From positions 21,886,001 to 21,950,000 of the forward strand of contig OZ024746.1 of the NCBI GenBank assembly GCA_964016885.1: DNA of 64,000 nt, read 5' to 3'. The notes under the pieces are model-generated. The model worked only from the letters and a program-made list of their open reading frames with translations. It did no database searches and was not told the origin of the DNA. The position numbers were made by a program, and so were the translations under genes. Positions 13,401-25,954 of the stretch are shown piece after piece (within the stretch, counting starts at the first letter, position 1; the number at the start of each line of letters is the position of its first letter). This stretch comes from Eledone cirrhosa. Lineage: Eukaryota.

Positions 13401-15545
13401 ACCACCACCACCACTGCCATACAACCACAATTATGCCAAACACCACCACCACCACTGTCACTACCACCATCACCACTGCCATACAACCACAATTATGCCA
13501 AACACCACCACCACCGCTGTCACTACCACCACCACCACTGCCATACAACCACAATTATGCCAAACACCACCACCACCACTGTCACTACCACCACCACCAC
13601 TGCCATACAACCACAATTATGCCAAACACCACCACCACCACTGTCACTACCACCACCACCTCCACCATACAACCACAATTATGCCAAACACCACCACCAC
13701 CACTGTCACTACCACCATCACCACTGCCATACAACCACAATTATGCCAAACACCACCACCACCGCTGTCACTACCACCACCACCACTGCCATACAACCAC
13801 AATTATGCCAAACACCACCACCACCACTGTCACTACCACCACCACCACCGCCATACAACCACAATTATGCCAAACACCACCACCACCGCTGTCACTACCA
13901 CCACCACCACTGCCATACAACCACAATTATGCCAAACACCACCACCACCACTGTCACTACCACCACCACCACTGCCATACAACCACAATTATGCCAAACA
14001 CCACCACCACCACTGTCACTACCACCACCACCACTGCCATACAACCACAATTATGCCAAACACCACCACCACCACTGTCACTACCACCACCACCACTGCC
14101 ATACAACCACAATTATGCCAAACACCACCACCACCACTGTCACTACCACCACCACCACTGCCATACAACCACAATTATGCCAAACACCACCACCACCACT
14201 GTCACTACCACCACCACCACTGCCATACAACCACAATTATGCCAAACACCACCACCACCACTGTCACTACCACCACCACCACTGCCATACAACCACAATT
14301 ATGCCAAACACCACCACCACCACTGTCACTACCACCATCACCACTGCCATACAACCACAATTATGCCAAACACCACCACCACCGCTGTCACTACCACCAT
14401 CACCACCACCATACCACAATTATGCCAAACACCACCACCACCACTCTCACTACCACCATCACCTCCACCATACACCCACAATTATGCCAAACACCACCAC
14501 CACCACTGTCACTACCACCATCACCACCACCATACCACAATTATGCCAAACACCACCACCACCACCACCACCATACAACCATCACTGGTGCCACCTTTGC
14601 ACCTTCTTTAAATTCAATGAAATCTGACCAATGTCTATTTTAATAAAATAACTTAACCTAAAATAACTTAATCAAAATAAATAAATAAATTTATATCATC
14701 ATATTTGCTTTCCCTACTAGCAAAGGTTGGATGTGGGACCCAGATATCAGCAGACTTGGTTGGGACTCAAACCAGAGCTACTGACTCCATAATGGACCAG
14801 GACCTTGCATGTTGCTTATGTTCCTGCAACATACTGAGTCCTCAGATGGACAAGTGAAGTGAACCATGGCTTGCTTACATTTGATACCAACACTAAAAAT
14901 GTTGAGATATCTTTCACACAACTGAAGAATTCTCCTGACCCTTTGGCGCGTTTTCTACAGCTGCTAGCCCTTTCTATCATAAACCACTTTACTGGGTTTA
15001 TTGGGTGCATTTACTGTGTAAATCACCAAGACTAGGGAGTTTAAATGAAAAGTCTTTCTGACCTTTGCCTGGCAGGTTTTTTATGGCTGAATATTTTTCC
15101 TATGACCAACCACTTTACAGAATATACAGACTGCACTGGTCATGTAATACACCAACACTAGAGAGGCTGCAAGTCCTCTTAACAATTACTGTATATACTC
15201 AAATATAAGTTCAGGAATATGTGACCCCCCAAAAAAAATCAATGGTAGAATGACAACATCAACACCATCACCAAAATCACGGACAAGCAACAACAACACC
15301 ACCACCAACCACCATCACCATCAACAACAAAAACACCAACACCATCATCACCACTGTAAAGTTTGATAAATACAAATTGCTACCACAGTGACATACTTCT
15401 TATAAAACTTGTCATATCCAACTCCAGGTTTTTGTAGACGAGCCCAAGAAACATCTAGAACACGAAGTTTGTTAGCAGAGGATGATGACAAACAATCCTT
15501 CAACCAGTTTGTTGACACAAGCGTCCCAATTTGAGCAATACGCAT
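4358..15545 (-). CDS. TST: Thiosulfate/3-mercaptopyruvate sulfurtransferase (tandem rhodanese domains), 281 aa; complement join(15397..15545,11821..12016,9370..9465,8243..8384,7735..7821,6375..6499,4358..4408)
   Basis: Seven exons with GT-AG boundaries and matching phases sum to 846 nt ending in TAA. Motifs: LVSTNWL, LRVLDVSW, HIPGSVYFDL, RTWWLF, LLDGGFAKW, VVDCR, GHMPNAKNIPY, catalytic loop CQYGITAC, VYAGSWNEW. TST versus MPST orthology is not resolved. Confidence 0.93.
5070..5365 (+). mobile_element. Degenerate RTE/RTE-X LINE C-terminal fragment
   Basis: LDAFDTKCL.KIVGIR...-like translation with stops. Confidence 0.45.
6375..6499 (-). CDS. TST: Sulfurtransferase coding exon 6 with catalytic Cys loop CQYGIT
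   Basis: Acceptor taattcag, donor GTAAGT; GIDLGKPLITTCQYGITACGIAAAA. Confidence 0.93.
6580..6920. repeat. Tandem array of about 50-bp units (aaaatgtacccagtacactctgtaaagtg...) derived from a SINE/LINE 3' segment
   Basis: The same motif occurs singly in dispersed repeats (9845, 51746). Confidence 0.75.
7153..7360 (-). mobile_element. LINE RT N-terminal fragment (Vingi/Ingi-like)
   Basis: KIWQKAIVIALPKPNKPVDDPKSYKPISLLCVPFKLLEQ...LPHEQVGF. The clade call is tentative. Confidence 0.7.
7735..7821 (-). CDS. TST: Sulfurtransferase coding exon 5 (GHMPNAKNIPYSELF...ELKD)
   Basis: Acceptor tttgttag, donor GTGAGT, phase 1/1. Confidence 0.92.
8243..8384 (-). CDS. TST: Sulfurtransferase coding exon 4 (KCNFEIHLKPK...QVVDCRPSKNFHG...KL)
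   Basis: Acceptor ttttctag, donor GTACAT; DxR motif of the second rhodanese domain. Confidence 0.9.
9370..9465 (-). CDS. TST: Sulfurtransferase coding exon 3 (YLGHSNVSLLDGGFAKW...TYE)
   Basis: Acceptor ttttcag, donor GTAAAA, 96 nt phase 0/0; LDGG..W motif. Confidence 0.92.
10290..10545 (+). mobile_element. Degenerate RTE LINE fragment
   Basis: IEVVDNFCYLGD...ESVVARIRPGWKK with stop codons. Confidence 0.65.
10636..11780 (-). mobile_element. 5'-truncated RTE-clade LINE: intact C-terminal ORF 11034-11780, 3' UTR, (GAT)n tail
   Basis: CPKCKVWVHKRCSG...FTCGRC finger, FRYLGD, GWKKFREL, LHGSETW, RLRWYGHV, GRPRKTW motifs; (CAT)n at 10636-10655. Confidence 0.9.
11821..12016 (-). CDS. TST: Sulfurtransferase coding exon 2 (QHIPGSVYFDL...FRTWWLFK)
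   Basis: Acceptor tttatcatag, donor GTAGGT; rhodanese HIPG and RxWW motifs. Confidence 0.93.
12446..14580. repeat. Minisatellite, 61-bp unit, about 35 copies
   Basis: Unit ccatacaaccacaattatgccaaacaccaccaccaccactgtcactaccaccaccaccactg; lies in the intron between TST coding exons 1 and 2. Confidence 0.97.
15397..15545 (-). CDS. TST: Sulfurtransferase coding exon 1 (MRIAQIGTLVSTNWLKDCL...GYDKFYK)
   Basis: ATG at 15545, preceded by a pyrimidine tract and TAG acceptor near 15561, which implies an upstream UTR exon. Donor GTATGT, phase 2. Confidence 0.9.
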
Positions 15546-16172
15546 GGCTGTAAATTTACACTAGAAGAAGAGCGGGAAGAAGAAAATATTTTTTTTTAAA
15601 TTATAAATCGTTGTATTCATTGAACAAAAGTTATACAATGATGGAAATATTTTTAAAAAGGATAAAAGCAAAAGTAGGTAATGTAAAAAATAGGAAGGGG
15701 TAAAGAAGGGCAGATCTGGATGTATAGGAAAGGATAGGACTATAAATGCCATAAATGAGAGGAAAAGGAATGAGAAAAGCAAGGACTATCAGGTAACAGA
15801 AGAAAGAAAGTGGGAAGAACAGTCTTTCGGCTGTGCACAGTGAACAAAATTGCAAAGGCATTTCTGTGGATAATGGCCAGTAACACTTGCTGCAACAGCC
15901 ACCCAACCCCAACAATTGCAAAAAAAATAAAATAAAATAAAAAGAAAAAGCAACAGGCAAAAGCATGGTTGTGTGGTTAAGGAGTTCATTTCACAATCAT
16001 GGGTTCAGTAATGGTTTGGGGTGGCACTTTGTGTCTTTTCTACTATGACTTGTGAGTAGAGTGGGATTTAAAAATATGGAAACTGCAGAAGCCCATCATC
16101 ATCATCATCATCATCATCATCATTTTACGTCCGCTTTTCCCTGCTTATATGAAATGGTGATGATAATATTTA

Positions 16173-16353
16173 TTGTATATACTTGAATATAAGCCGAGGA
16201 ATATGTGACCAAACAATTGATGGTAAAATGGGAGGTTGGTTTATATATATGCCATCTAAATGTGCCTTGGTTTATAAATGGGGTTTGGATTTTCATCTAT
16301 TTCTCAGACATAAAATATGGGGTTGGGGTTGACTTATATTCGAGTATATACAG
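16173..16353. mobile_element. Tc1/pogo-type MITE
   Basis: TIRs TGTATATACTTGAATATAAGCCGA and TTGACTTATATTCGAGTATATACAG with TA flanks; a solo end occurs at about 15189. Confidence 0.72.
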
Positions 16354-16390
<37 letters not shown>

Positions 16391-16411
16391 CATTGTAGAA
16401 ATGACTTCTAC

Positions 16412-16508
16412 ATTATTCCTGATGAGGCATTGAGTGTAAATGATTTTGTAATCAAAATTATTGGTTATTGATTATTGTTTCTCAATACTAAAACATGTGT
16501 AGAAAAAT
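16412..16508 (+). ncRNA. Decayed hammerhead motif next to (TA)n
   Basis: ATTATTC-CTGATGA-GGCATTGAG...CTCAATACT-AAAA-CATGTG-TA-GAAAAAT. The GAAA to AAAA and CACGTG to CATGTG changes fit CpG decay. Confidence 0.45.
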
Positions 16509-16684
16509 AAAAAAAAAAGATATGTTAGAGTTCTAAAAGGCTTTGGTATTCCTTTATAAATATATTGTTTCTACTTTTTTTTTTTTTATAAATATATATT
16601 TGGTAGACAGAAACTGCAGAGTGTCTGTGTTTATATCCTGTAACTTTAGGGTTCGGCATAAAAAAGTGATTAACCAATGTGCTC

Positions 16685-16778
16685 GATTACAGCCTAATGA
16701 CCAAAACCATTAAATGAATGAACAAACACACATGCAAATATATATATACACACACATATGTAATCATGTGTAGGTTTA

Positions 16779-16822
<44 letters not shown>

Positions 16823-16926
16823 CATACATATATAAACGCACACATGATTACATATATGTGTGTGTGTATATATTTGCATGTGTGTTCGTTCATTCATTTA
16901 ATGGTTTTGGTCATTAGGCTGTAGTC
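16685..16926. repeat. Inverted repeat centred on (TA)n
   Basis: Arms gattacagcctaatgaccaaaacc... and ...ggttttggtcattaggctgtagtc; near-identical ORFs on both strands. Confidence 0.88.
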
Positions 16927-17822
16927 AGGCCATGCTGGGGCACTGCCTTGATTTAGTCGAGCACATTGGTCAATCACTTTTTTATGTCAAGCCCCAAAGT
17001 TACAGGATATAAACACAGATACTCTGCTGTTTCTGTCTACTTAATTCCACTCACAAGACATTGGTCAACCTAAGGCTATAGTAGAAGACATTTACTCAAG
17101 GTGCCAGACTGAATTCAGAACCAAGTGGTTCTGCATGTGCATTGTACTGCAGAAGATCTGCCTTCCCATGGGCACAAAATGAAATGAAACAAATATGTAG
17201 ATAATACCCTAGCTGATACTGAACTTGCTTAACTGTCCCCTCCCTCCGAACTCTCAACTCTGATAAACCTCGCCTGCCTAACCCAAGCATGAAAGCTGGA
17301 CATCAGATCTCCCACAAAGCGGTTATCATGAAAAAAAGCACAAATTCCAACCTGTGTGATCCGTTGCCACAACAAAAGCATCCATTTTATCTTGTAAGGT
17401 GGTCGTGCTGGTGAAACGACAAAAAGCACCCAGTTCACCCTGTAAGGTGGTTATGTTGGTGACATGACAAGAAGTGACCAGTTCACTCTGAAATATGGTC
17501 GTTTCATAGCCACGATAAAAAACAACCAGTCCACACTGTAACGTGGTTGGTGTTAGGAAGGGCATCCAGCAGTAGAAACCAAGCTAAATACAGATCCATA
17601 TGAGCATGAGGTGATCTCCAGACCATGACGTCTCATAACACGACAACCCGTCTAACCCATGCAAGCGTGGAAGAATGGACGTTAAAAGATGATGATATAT
17701 ACATATATATTTTTTTCCGCTGAGTGAATTTGAGCAACATGAAATAAAGTGTTTTGTTCAAGGACCCAACGCATCACCCGGTCCTGGAATCGAACTCACA
17801 ACCTCTAACCACTAAGCCATAC

Positions 17823-17868
<46 letters not shown>

Positions 17869-18137
17869 GGTGCTATTAAGTTAGACATGGCCTGGGCCAA
17901 TACTGGCCGAAAGTTATCAAAGCTATATATATATATTTCGTTGCTCTGGTCCTTAGCGGCTAGCTTATTGGTCGCTGTCTTCAATTTGCATAGCTGTCTA
18001 AACGTAATGTTATAACTATAAGGTAAAATTCCTTATTGAGTGCTTTAGCTGCACATCCCAACTGCATTCATTAGGTTGGCTGCAACCTTCGCTTCGATTA
18101 TGCTGTACTTCCTTTTTGTATGTATATATATATATAT

Positions 18138-19490
18138 AATTCTGTGCCACACAAAAGACTTATGGCAAAACTCTCTGCAATGGGTGTGAGGGATGATCTT
18201 TTCGACTGGTTGAAATCCTTCATTCTCAGCCGAAAAGAAGTAGTCACGGTTCTAGGACAGCATTCTTTACCATATGACCATATGAGATGTCATCTGGTGT
18301 ACCACAGGGATCTGTTCTTGGTCCCCTTTTATTTGTGGCATATATTAATGACATAGATGCCAACTTACAGAATGCCACGGTACTGAAATATGCAGATGAC
18401 ATCAAGCTGTACCTTGAAATCAAAAGGACTGATCCTGAAATCTACAACTCTTTCCTACAATCAGACCTGGACACAATGCAGCAATGGATCACAGACTGGC
18501 AACTGAAGCTGGCTGTGGACAAGTGTACCACCATGCATTTTGGGAGGAAAATTCCAGCGTCCACATACTCACTCCACAACACTGATATGAAGAAGTCCTC
18601 TTGTGAATGTGACCTGGGCATTACTGTCAGCAGCGATTTGCGTTGGACAAAGCATGTCTCTAAGATTGTCAAGAAGGCCGAGGGTATCTTGGCATCACTC
18701 AGCAAAACCTTTGTTAGCCGCTCTCCAGCCATCTATTTAAAACTGTATACAGCTATGGTACGGCCACACTTGGAATTCGCATCATCAGTCTGGAACCCCT
18801 ATCTTGCTCAGAACATTGACCTCCTGAAAACTGTTCAGAGACGTGCAACCAAGTGCATACCCTCCATCAGACACCTACCATACTCTGAACGCCTTGCTTC
18901 CCTGGGCATGGATTCATTGAAGCTCTGACGTCTGGCAATGGACTTGGTAAATACCCACAAAGTTATTAACCATCTCGCCAATTGCAACCCTGAGCACCTT
19001 TTTGATCTCCATGTGTCTAACACACATGGACATGCCTACAAAATCAGAAAACAGCACAGCTCCCATGACTTTCGTAGACATTTTTTCACGCTCAGAGTTG
19101 CTGAAGCATGGAACAAACTGCCTGTGTCAGTTGTTAGCTGCTGAGACACTGCATCCTTTAAGACACTCATGCTTCCCGAAATACGCCAAAACTACACCTG
19201 ATGTACCCCTTCCATACACATACACACGTGTGTATCACGACTCGTGCACTGTTCATTTTCCTGATGTTTGTGCATTGCCCTATGTACTGTACATGCACTT
19301 TTTGATGAGTTGTGGTGCACCTGGGCACTGTACACAATATTTCATTATTATTATTATTGTTATTATTATATCATGACTCATACACTGTTCATTTTCCTGA
19401 CATTTGTACATTATTCTATGTACTATACGTGCACCTTTGATGAGTTGTAGTGCACCTGAGCACTGTACACAATAATTTCATTATTATTAT
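18138..19490 (+). mobile_element. 5'-truncated CR1-like LINE: RT C-terminal half and duplicated 3' tail ending in (TTA)n
   Basis: SVPHKRL, SGVPQGSVLGPLLF, YADD, DLGITV, VRPHLEFASSVWNP, WNKLP. A ccatatga duplication near 18270 causes a frameshift; there is an in-frame stop at 18926. Confidence 0.9.
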
Positions 19491-19696
19491 ATAGTAATAA
19501 TAATAAATGTGAAGACTAAAATCCAAAGAGGGCTCGATAAGGATAAATATATATCAAATATATAAGAACCCTAGAACAAATATTTATTAAAATAACAGAT
19601 TAAAGTTTAAGCAAAGAATCGCTTTAACGGGATCTTCTGAAACTAAAAAAAGATCAACATGCATGCATGCATGCATACATGCATACATACATACAT

Positions 19697-20066
19697 AGAG
19701 CACTTGGATATGTTAGTAACTGCCTCAATACAAATCTTGAGAAGCTAGCCTTCACAGGAACAGAAAGAACACAACTAGTTAGGAAATTACAAGTACAATC
19801 CATTAATGGAACAGTAAAAATATGTAAAACATTCCAAAAATGTTGCATCTAATAACTGCATATACACATGTAGATACGAAGCATATACCTATGCACACAT
19901 ACAACTCAAAACATACACATCCACACATACAATAACATCCATATCTACACATGCATGCCTGCCTAGTTGATGTTGTGTAAATTCCAATGAGAGAGTCTTG
20001 TATCTATGTTAGAAACCGACTCTCTCTCTATTGGTAAAACTTTGTGAAATTATAAAACGAGAAGAA
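19697..20066 (+). mobile_element. 3' end of a restriction-like-endonuclease (R4/Dong/NeSL-type) LINE inserted in (CATA)n
   Basis: ALGYVSNCLNTNLEKL...VRKLQVQSINGTVKICKTFQ* followed by UTR; (CATA)n on both sides. Confidence 0.6.
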
Positions 20067-21595
20067 CATACATACATACATGGTGGCTGCCAACTCGTTT
20101 TCGAGTACAGCCACTACTTTATATCCATGTAGGAGAAACCCTACCGATGCGCTGAACGTGTGTGACTTTTTAGTCCAGCCAGCGACTTGAAAACTCTGGT
20201 ACAAACACTACACTTGTGACAATTATTGACATATATTGCTGGGCCCATGATACCATGTGACGACAAGTGCAGAGATCTCCAGATATAAAGCAATGCCTGT
20301 GCCATGAAGCTTTTATAGTGAGCAAAGGCACTGCACAAAGCCAGTCCCACTCTCTTAACCAAGATGCTATTTACCAAAAAGAATAAGTCAACATCATTGG
20401 ATACTATCAGAGTTGCAGGTGTTATATCAGAGTTTTCCTTCTCCTAGAATTCTGCCTTGACAAAGGCTAAGGGGTCATCTCTCCCAGTGATTTTGGATGG
20501 GCATTGACTCTTAAGAACTCCTTTGCCCTTTGACAGGTTTTGTTTTTATTCCTGCAGGATGTCCAAAGTCACCCTCCTCACCAAGAAACCTTGGTGGGGT
20601 TGCCAGTTTAGTCGCCAACGACCTGACCATGGGACAGGTTGTACTGGGATACATGTTACCAGTAGCACCAACTGGTGACCTGACATACATACATACATAC
20701 ATACATACATACATACATACATACATACATACATACATACATGTCTCTGTATACAAACAAAGAAGGTAGATACAAATATTGTTTAGATCTGGTTTCCTTA
20801 GTCCTATAGTAACAATAATAATAACAATAATGAAATATTGTGTACAGTGCCCAGGTGCACCACAACTCATCAAAAAAGTGCATGTACAGTACAGTGTCGG
20901 ATTAGGTTAGTGCAAGGCCCCTAACATATACTATAAAGGAGAACCTCATTTTTTAAGAACGATTATATCAGGTGTGACTGGGTTGTTAAGAAATTCGTTA
21001 TGCAACCAGATGTGTATGTGAGTGTGTGCCTGTGTTTACGTTTGTGTCAGTCTGTGTTTATGTCCTGTAACAGAGTAGTTCAATAAAATAAGTACTGTGG
21101 TCGATATGATAGACCAAATCATAGCTGCAGTCTAATGACTGGAACGATAAAGATTAAAGGTGTGATGAAACATCATGATTATAATATCTATATATAGTAT
21201 AAGGCACTTAGCTCGGGACCCTTAAAGATTCGTAGATCGAAACGTGCCTGAGTGTGTATATGTAACTTTACATTCACTGGTATCTACGAAGCCCATAAAA
21301 ATGTACAAACTTACCAGTTATGGTGGGTATCACTGCAGATAAATGTAAAAACTACACCTATTTGTCTTCAACGAACTGCAGAACTGAAGTACGACACCAC
21401 TGCTGTTACTAGATACGAGAATGACCTAGATATCGGCGTGGATAAGGTTAATTACGAGTGTATGTGTGTGTATATATATACACACAGTACTGAGTTTAAC
21501 TAAGACTGCGCAAATGTGTACAGAAACACGACACATATATATGTAAATACACACACACATATATATATATGTAAATACACACACACACACATACA

Positions 21596-21631
<36 letters not shown>

Positions 21632-23229
21632 TATATATAAATACACACACACACATATATATGTAAATACACACACACACATATATGAAAATACACACAC
21701 ACACACATATATGTAAATACACACACACACACATATATATATATATACAAATTTTAGTACAGCATTAACGAAGCTTTAGTCCGCGGCCAAGCAAATTCGG
21801 TCTGTAGTTTTAGCACTCGGATGGGGAGAAGTACCCCAGAGTAATAACAATACATTTAGACAGCTTAGCAAATCAAATATAGCGATCGGCAGTCCAGCCG
21901 CATCACTAGAGCAACGAAAATACAGGACTCGGGAAAAGACTTTAGACTGATATATATATATACACACACACACACATCAATAGAGTATCTATATCATTTA
22001 TTATAAACTATTACAACACTCCGTTTTAATTGCTCACGTAAAAACTAAGAAAAGCGGAGTGGGTTTCACCTGCAAAATATGGCCGGAAATATTTGAAGGG
22101 TATCTTCGATATTTGGAAACTATGTTAAAAGCAGCAATAATAATAACGACGTTTTACTCATTAAGAATATAATTTCTAAAAGAAACGCCCATAAAAATAA
22201 ATCATGAAGAAAAAAAGAAAAGATATGCATACTCCCTTAATTAACACGCTATAACGGAGTGCTGGTGTTGCCCTCGAAAAATATTAGAGGCAAACTATGT
22301 AGTTTTAATCAATTTAAACGTACGTAAACCGTGACAAACTGAGAAAGGTATCTAATATTCATTATAAATAAAGAGGGAAAACAAACAAACACGAGCCACA
22401 GAGGCGGGCGGAAAGGCACAAGAAACAGATATAAGAAAAGGGTGGAAAAAATAAAGGAACAGATATAGTACAGTTAAAGGTTTCTGTTGCCGAATCTTTA
22501 CGTAGCTTCCATGGCAATTGCAAACTAGAATTATCTCCCTTGAATGGGTGTGTGTCTGTTGGGATGTGCTTATGTATGTATGTGTGTACTGAAAGATGTT
22601 TTAGATATAAGCAATCTACACCATCGCTACACCAATGATAAAAGCCGGGATGGTGTGAGAGAAAACTTTCTGGATTGCAGAACCCCGACTCAAGCTGCTT
22701 CGTGGTCCTAGTGGATAGAATTGAGAAAGTTTTACTCGGGAGTTTAGCAAAATAGACGTGTTGAAAAAGCCATTTCAACTCGTGGGCTCACTCCCGAGGG
22801 TGGAGTATCTCCACTCCGATAGAAGCTAGTAAGCAGGTGATTCGGAGACCAAGAATACCAGAAATCTTCCCCTCTAAAGGTTCAACAACAAACCTATGGG
22901 AAAACAGTCGATACTTCAGCAGCTTGTCGACAACGAAGCCTGGATTTCTCGCCGAATGCATCAAGGCTGATGCAAAGAAATGTTACCACTTGTTACGTCC
23001 CATATAAGGGGCTTACTACCGAGGAACGGAAAGATTGCTTACAGGTGACATGGCTTGAATCTAAACCATGAAAATAGTTAATAAAAACATGGGTTTGAAT
23101 ATTTGCAATGCTGTCTACATCAGAAATACCCCGATAGTGTTATTAAATGCGGTGATTATGAAATCAAAGAGATAGCTAAAATTATTCTTTGAGCGTGTGA
23201 ACAACGGAGATAACTCTGATTAAGTTTCA

Positions 23230-23245
23230 ATTGGCTGACGTCAGC
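23230..23245. promoter_or_regulatory. Inverted CCAAT box abutting a palindromic CRE (TGACGTCA) in a CpG-retaining region
   Basis: ATTGG 23230-23234; GCTGACGTCAGC palindrome 23234-23245; lies upstream of both divergently oriented genes. Confidence 0.35.
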
Positions 23246-23635
23246 GGAAAAATAAGTTTTCTCTTTGTTACCTAATGTAATTGTTTTAAACCTTCTATAA
23301 AAAAAAAAATTCTACTGATTTTTTTATTTCAGCAAAAAACTTTAAATAACGATTTTAAAAAAAATAAAAAGTAAAACAAATTAACGAAAAATAATAATAA
23401 AAAAAAAAAATTTTACATTGGATATAGACTGACCTAGTTATATTATTTATATCGGTAGAGGGTCGGACGCCATGCTTTCCAGCATAGTTACATCCCTTTA
23501 CCATCTGAGTTCAAATCCCGCCGAGGTTGACTTTGCCTTTCATCCTTACGGGGTCGATAAAATAAAGTACCAGTAATGCACTAGGTAATTGCTGGCCTTG
23601 TGCCTAAAGTAGAAACAATTATTTAAATAAGCAGT

Positions 23636-24129
23636 CAAATACTTTTTATTAGAATATTGTTTTGATAACAATCTGTAGTTGAGAAAATTTGATGAATTTT
23701 TCCCCGAGTAACAACATTAAATACTTTTTGTTAAAAATACAGTTCTCACTTTCAAAGAAATAAAACTAAAAAGTCCGGAGGGCACAAATAAATTGCATCC
23801 TGCCCAAGCTGACTGTATATTTAAATAATTGTTGCTACTTTTGGCACAAGGCCAGCAATTATCCCAGTACATTACCAAAACAAAGCACCAGTAATGTACT
23901 GGGATAATTGCTGGCCTTGTGCCAAAAGTAGAAACAATTATTTAAATATGCAGTCAGCCTGGGCAGGATGCAATTTATTTGTGCCCTCCGGACTTTTTAG
24001 TTTTATTTCTTTGAAAGTGAGAACTGTATTTTTAACAAAAAGTATTTAATGTCCTTACTCGGGAAAAATTCATCAAATTTTCTCAACTACAGATTGTTAT
24101 CAAAATAATATTCTAATAAAAAGTATTTG
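23636..24129. repeat. Long inverted repeat (about 240-bp arms, 15-nt spacer) involving a SINE 3' tail
   Basis: 23636-23875 is the reverse complement of 23891-24129. Confidence 0.9.
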
Positions 24130-25954
24130 CTGGTATTGCAAAAACTGAGTAAACACTCTAAAGTGATTATGTTAGGAAGGGTATCCAGCCATAGAAACCA
24201 TGCCAAATATATAATGTATGAGCAAGATGAGGAAAGTGGACATAGAATGAGGATGGTTAGATATTTTGAATTTAATAGTTGTGCATATAACTTTTCAATT
24301 TCAATTACTTGTGCCAAGTCGACTTTGATATGTAAAATTGGGGGTTTGCTGTGTATACTATTTTTTTTTTTTTTTTTTTTTTTGTAAGAAATATGTAGGG
24401 GGCTTGATAAGGTTGACTAAAACATTGAAGTTTGTACTCTAACATAGCCACAGTCGAACAAGTGGAACCAGTAAAATAGTAAAGATAATGATATACTTAT
24501 TTATATACATATTTATTTACTGTTTATTTATAGATAATAAAAAGATAACTATGTATTTATTCTAATCACAGATAATATTTATGACAAGTAAAGAAGATGT
24601 TAAACCAGATGATGATGATTCATACAATAAATAGTGTCAGTTATTGGACATTCCATAATCAGAGATGTCTAACAAGAAACAGCTCTAGTAACTTTATAAT
24701 CAGAAGTATCTAACAAGGAACATCTCTAGTAACTTCAGGAGAAAAGGAACAGTGGTTGTGGTGTTCAAGTCTTTCCAAGAACATTATCAAAGTATGTTGA
24801 AAATGTTACAACTACAATATTGATCTAAATCAGTCATGATTAACTGCTACCATATATGGTATGGTGATTCACACATCTAATGTTAGTTTTATGTGATGTG
24901 ATAGAGAGGGAGTCATAGGGGTGCTATAGTGGCATATGCCATTTCTTTGGGATTTTTAGGCCTGACGGAACCCATCTCTCTCCTGGTCTGAATACAGCAG
25001 ATTTCTTCCAGAGAAGGATAGAGAAAGTGAGAGAAAGGAAATGAAAAAGAGATATAGAGGAAGAATTGACCCTAGTACTAGACAGGTACTTTTTTAAGCG
25101 TCCTGGAATGGATGAAAGGCAAAGTGGGATTTGAACTTGGGGAGCAGAGAGCCAGAACAAATACCACGAAGCATACTCTCTGAAGTTCTAATGACTCTGC
25201 CAATTCACCACCTGCTTGTTTTATAGGTTTGTATAATAAACACACTAAACAGCCACTAACTGAAGATCTCAAATACTGTTTATAGAGTTAATATAATATT
25301 TGTTATCATATTAATTAATAATTGTTTCTACTTTAGGCACAAGGCCAGCAATTACCCAGTGCATTACTGGTACTTTATTTTATCGACCCCGTAAGGATGA
25401 AAGGCAAAGTCAACCTCGGCGGGATTTGAACTCAGATCGTAAAGGGACGTAACTATGCTGGAAAGCATGGTGTCCAACCCTCTACTGATACTGCCAATCC
25501 ACCACCCTTCATATTAATTAATAATTGTTTCTACTTTAGGCACAAGGCCAGCAATTATCCAGTGCATTACTGGTACTTTATTTTATCGACCCCGTAAGGA
25601 TGAAAGGCAAAGTCAACCTCGGCGGGAGATCAGAGAAACCTCATCTTGCTCAAATATGGAACATACTGAGCATGATAGTCTCTCTGAACTTTCTAGTTGA
25701 CCATAACAACCTATCCAACCCATGCTACCAATGCATTGGTTGACCAATCAGGTTGAACAATGATTTAGTAGACAGAAACTGCAGAAGCCTGTTGTATAAT
25801 ATATATGTATATATGTATATATATATAGTGTTGGGGATTCAGTGAATTACTGGTGGTGGTACCAAAACAAGCACTCGATGCAGAAGCAGAGTGTGTGTGT
25901 TAATAAGAACAATAAAGCTTTGTTTACATGTATTTAAATTTTTATTGTGTATCA

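Noticed and set aside
12446-14580. CRISPR-like array
   Set aside because: No unique spacers, eukaryotic context, no cas genes.
12430-14643. Three overlapping ORFs of 666-737 aa as real proteins
   Set aside because: They are products of a stop-free 61-bp minisatellite in a TST intron, with no signal peptide or unique coding flanks.
22362-22778. 138-aa minus-strand ORF
   Set aside because: Non-ATG start, no recognisable motif, runs through low-complexity sequence.
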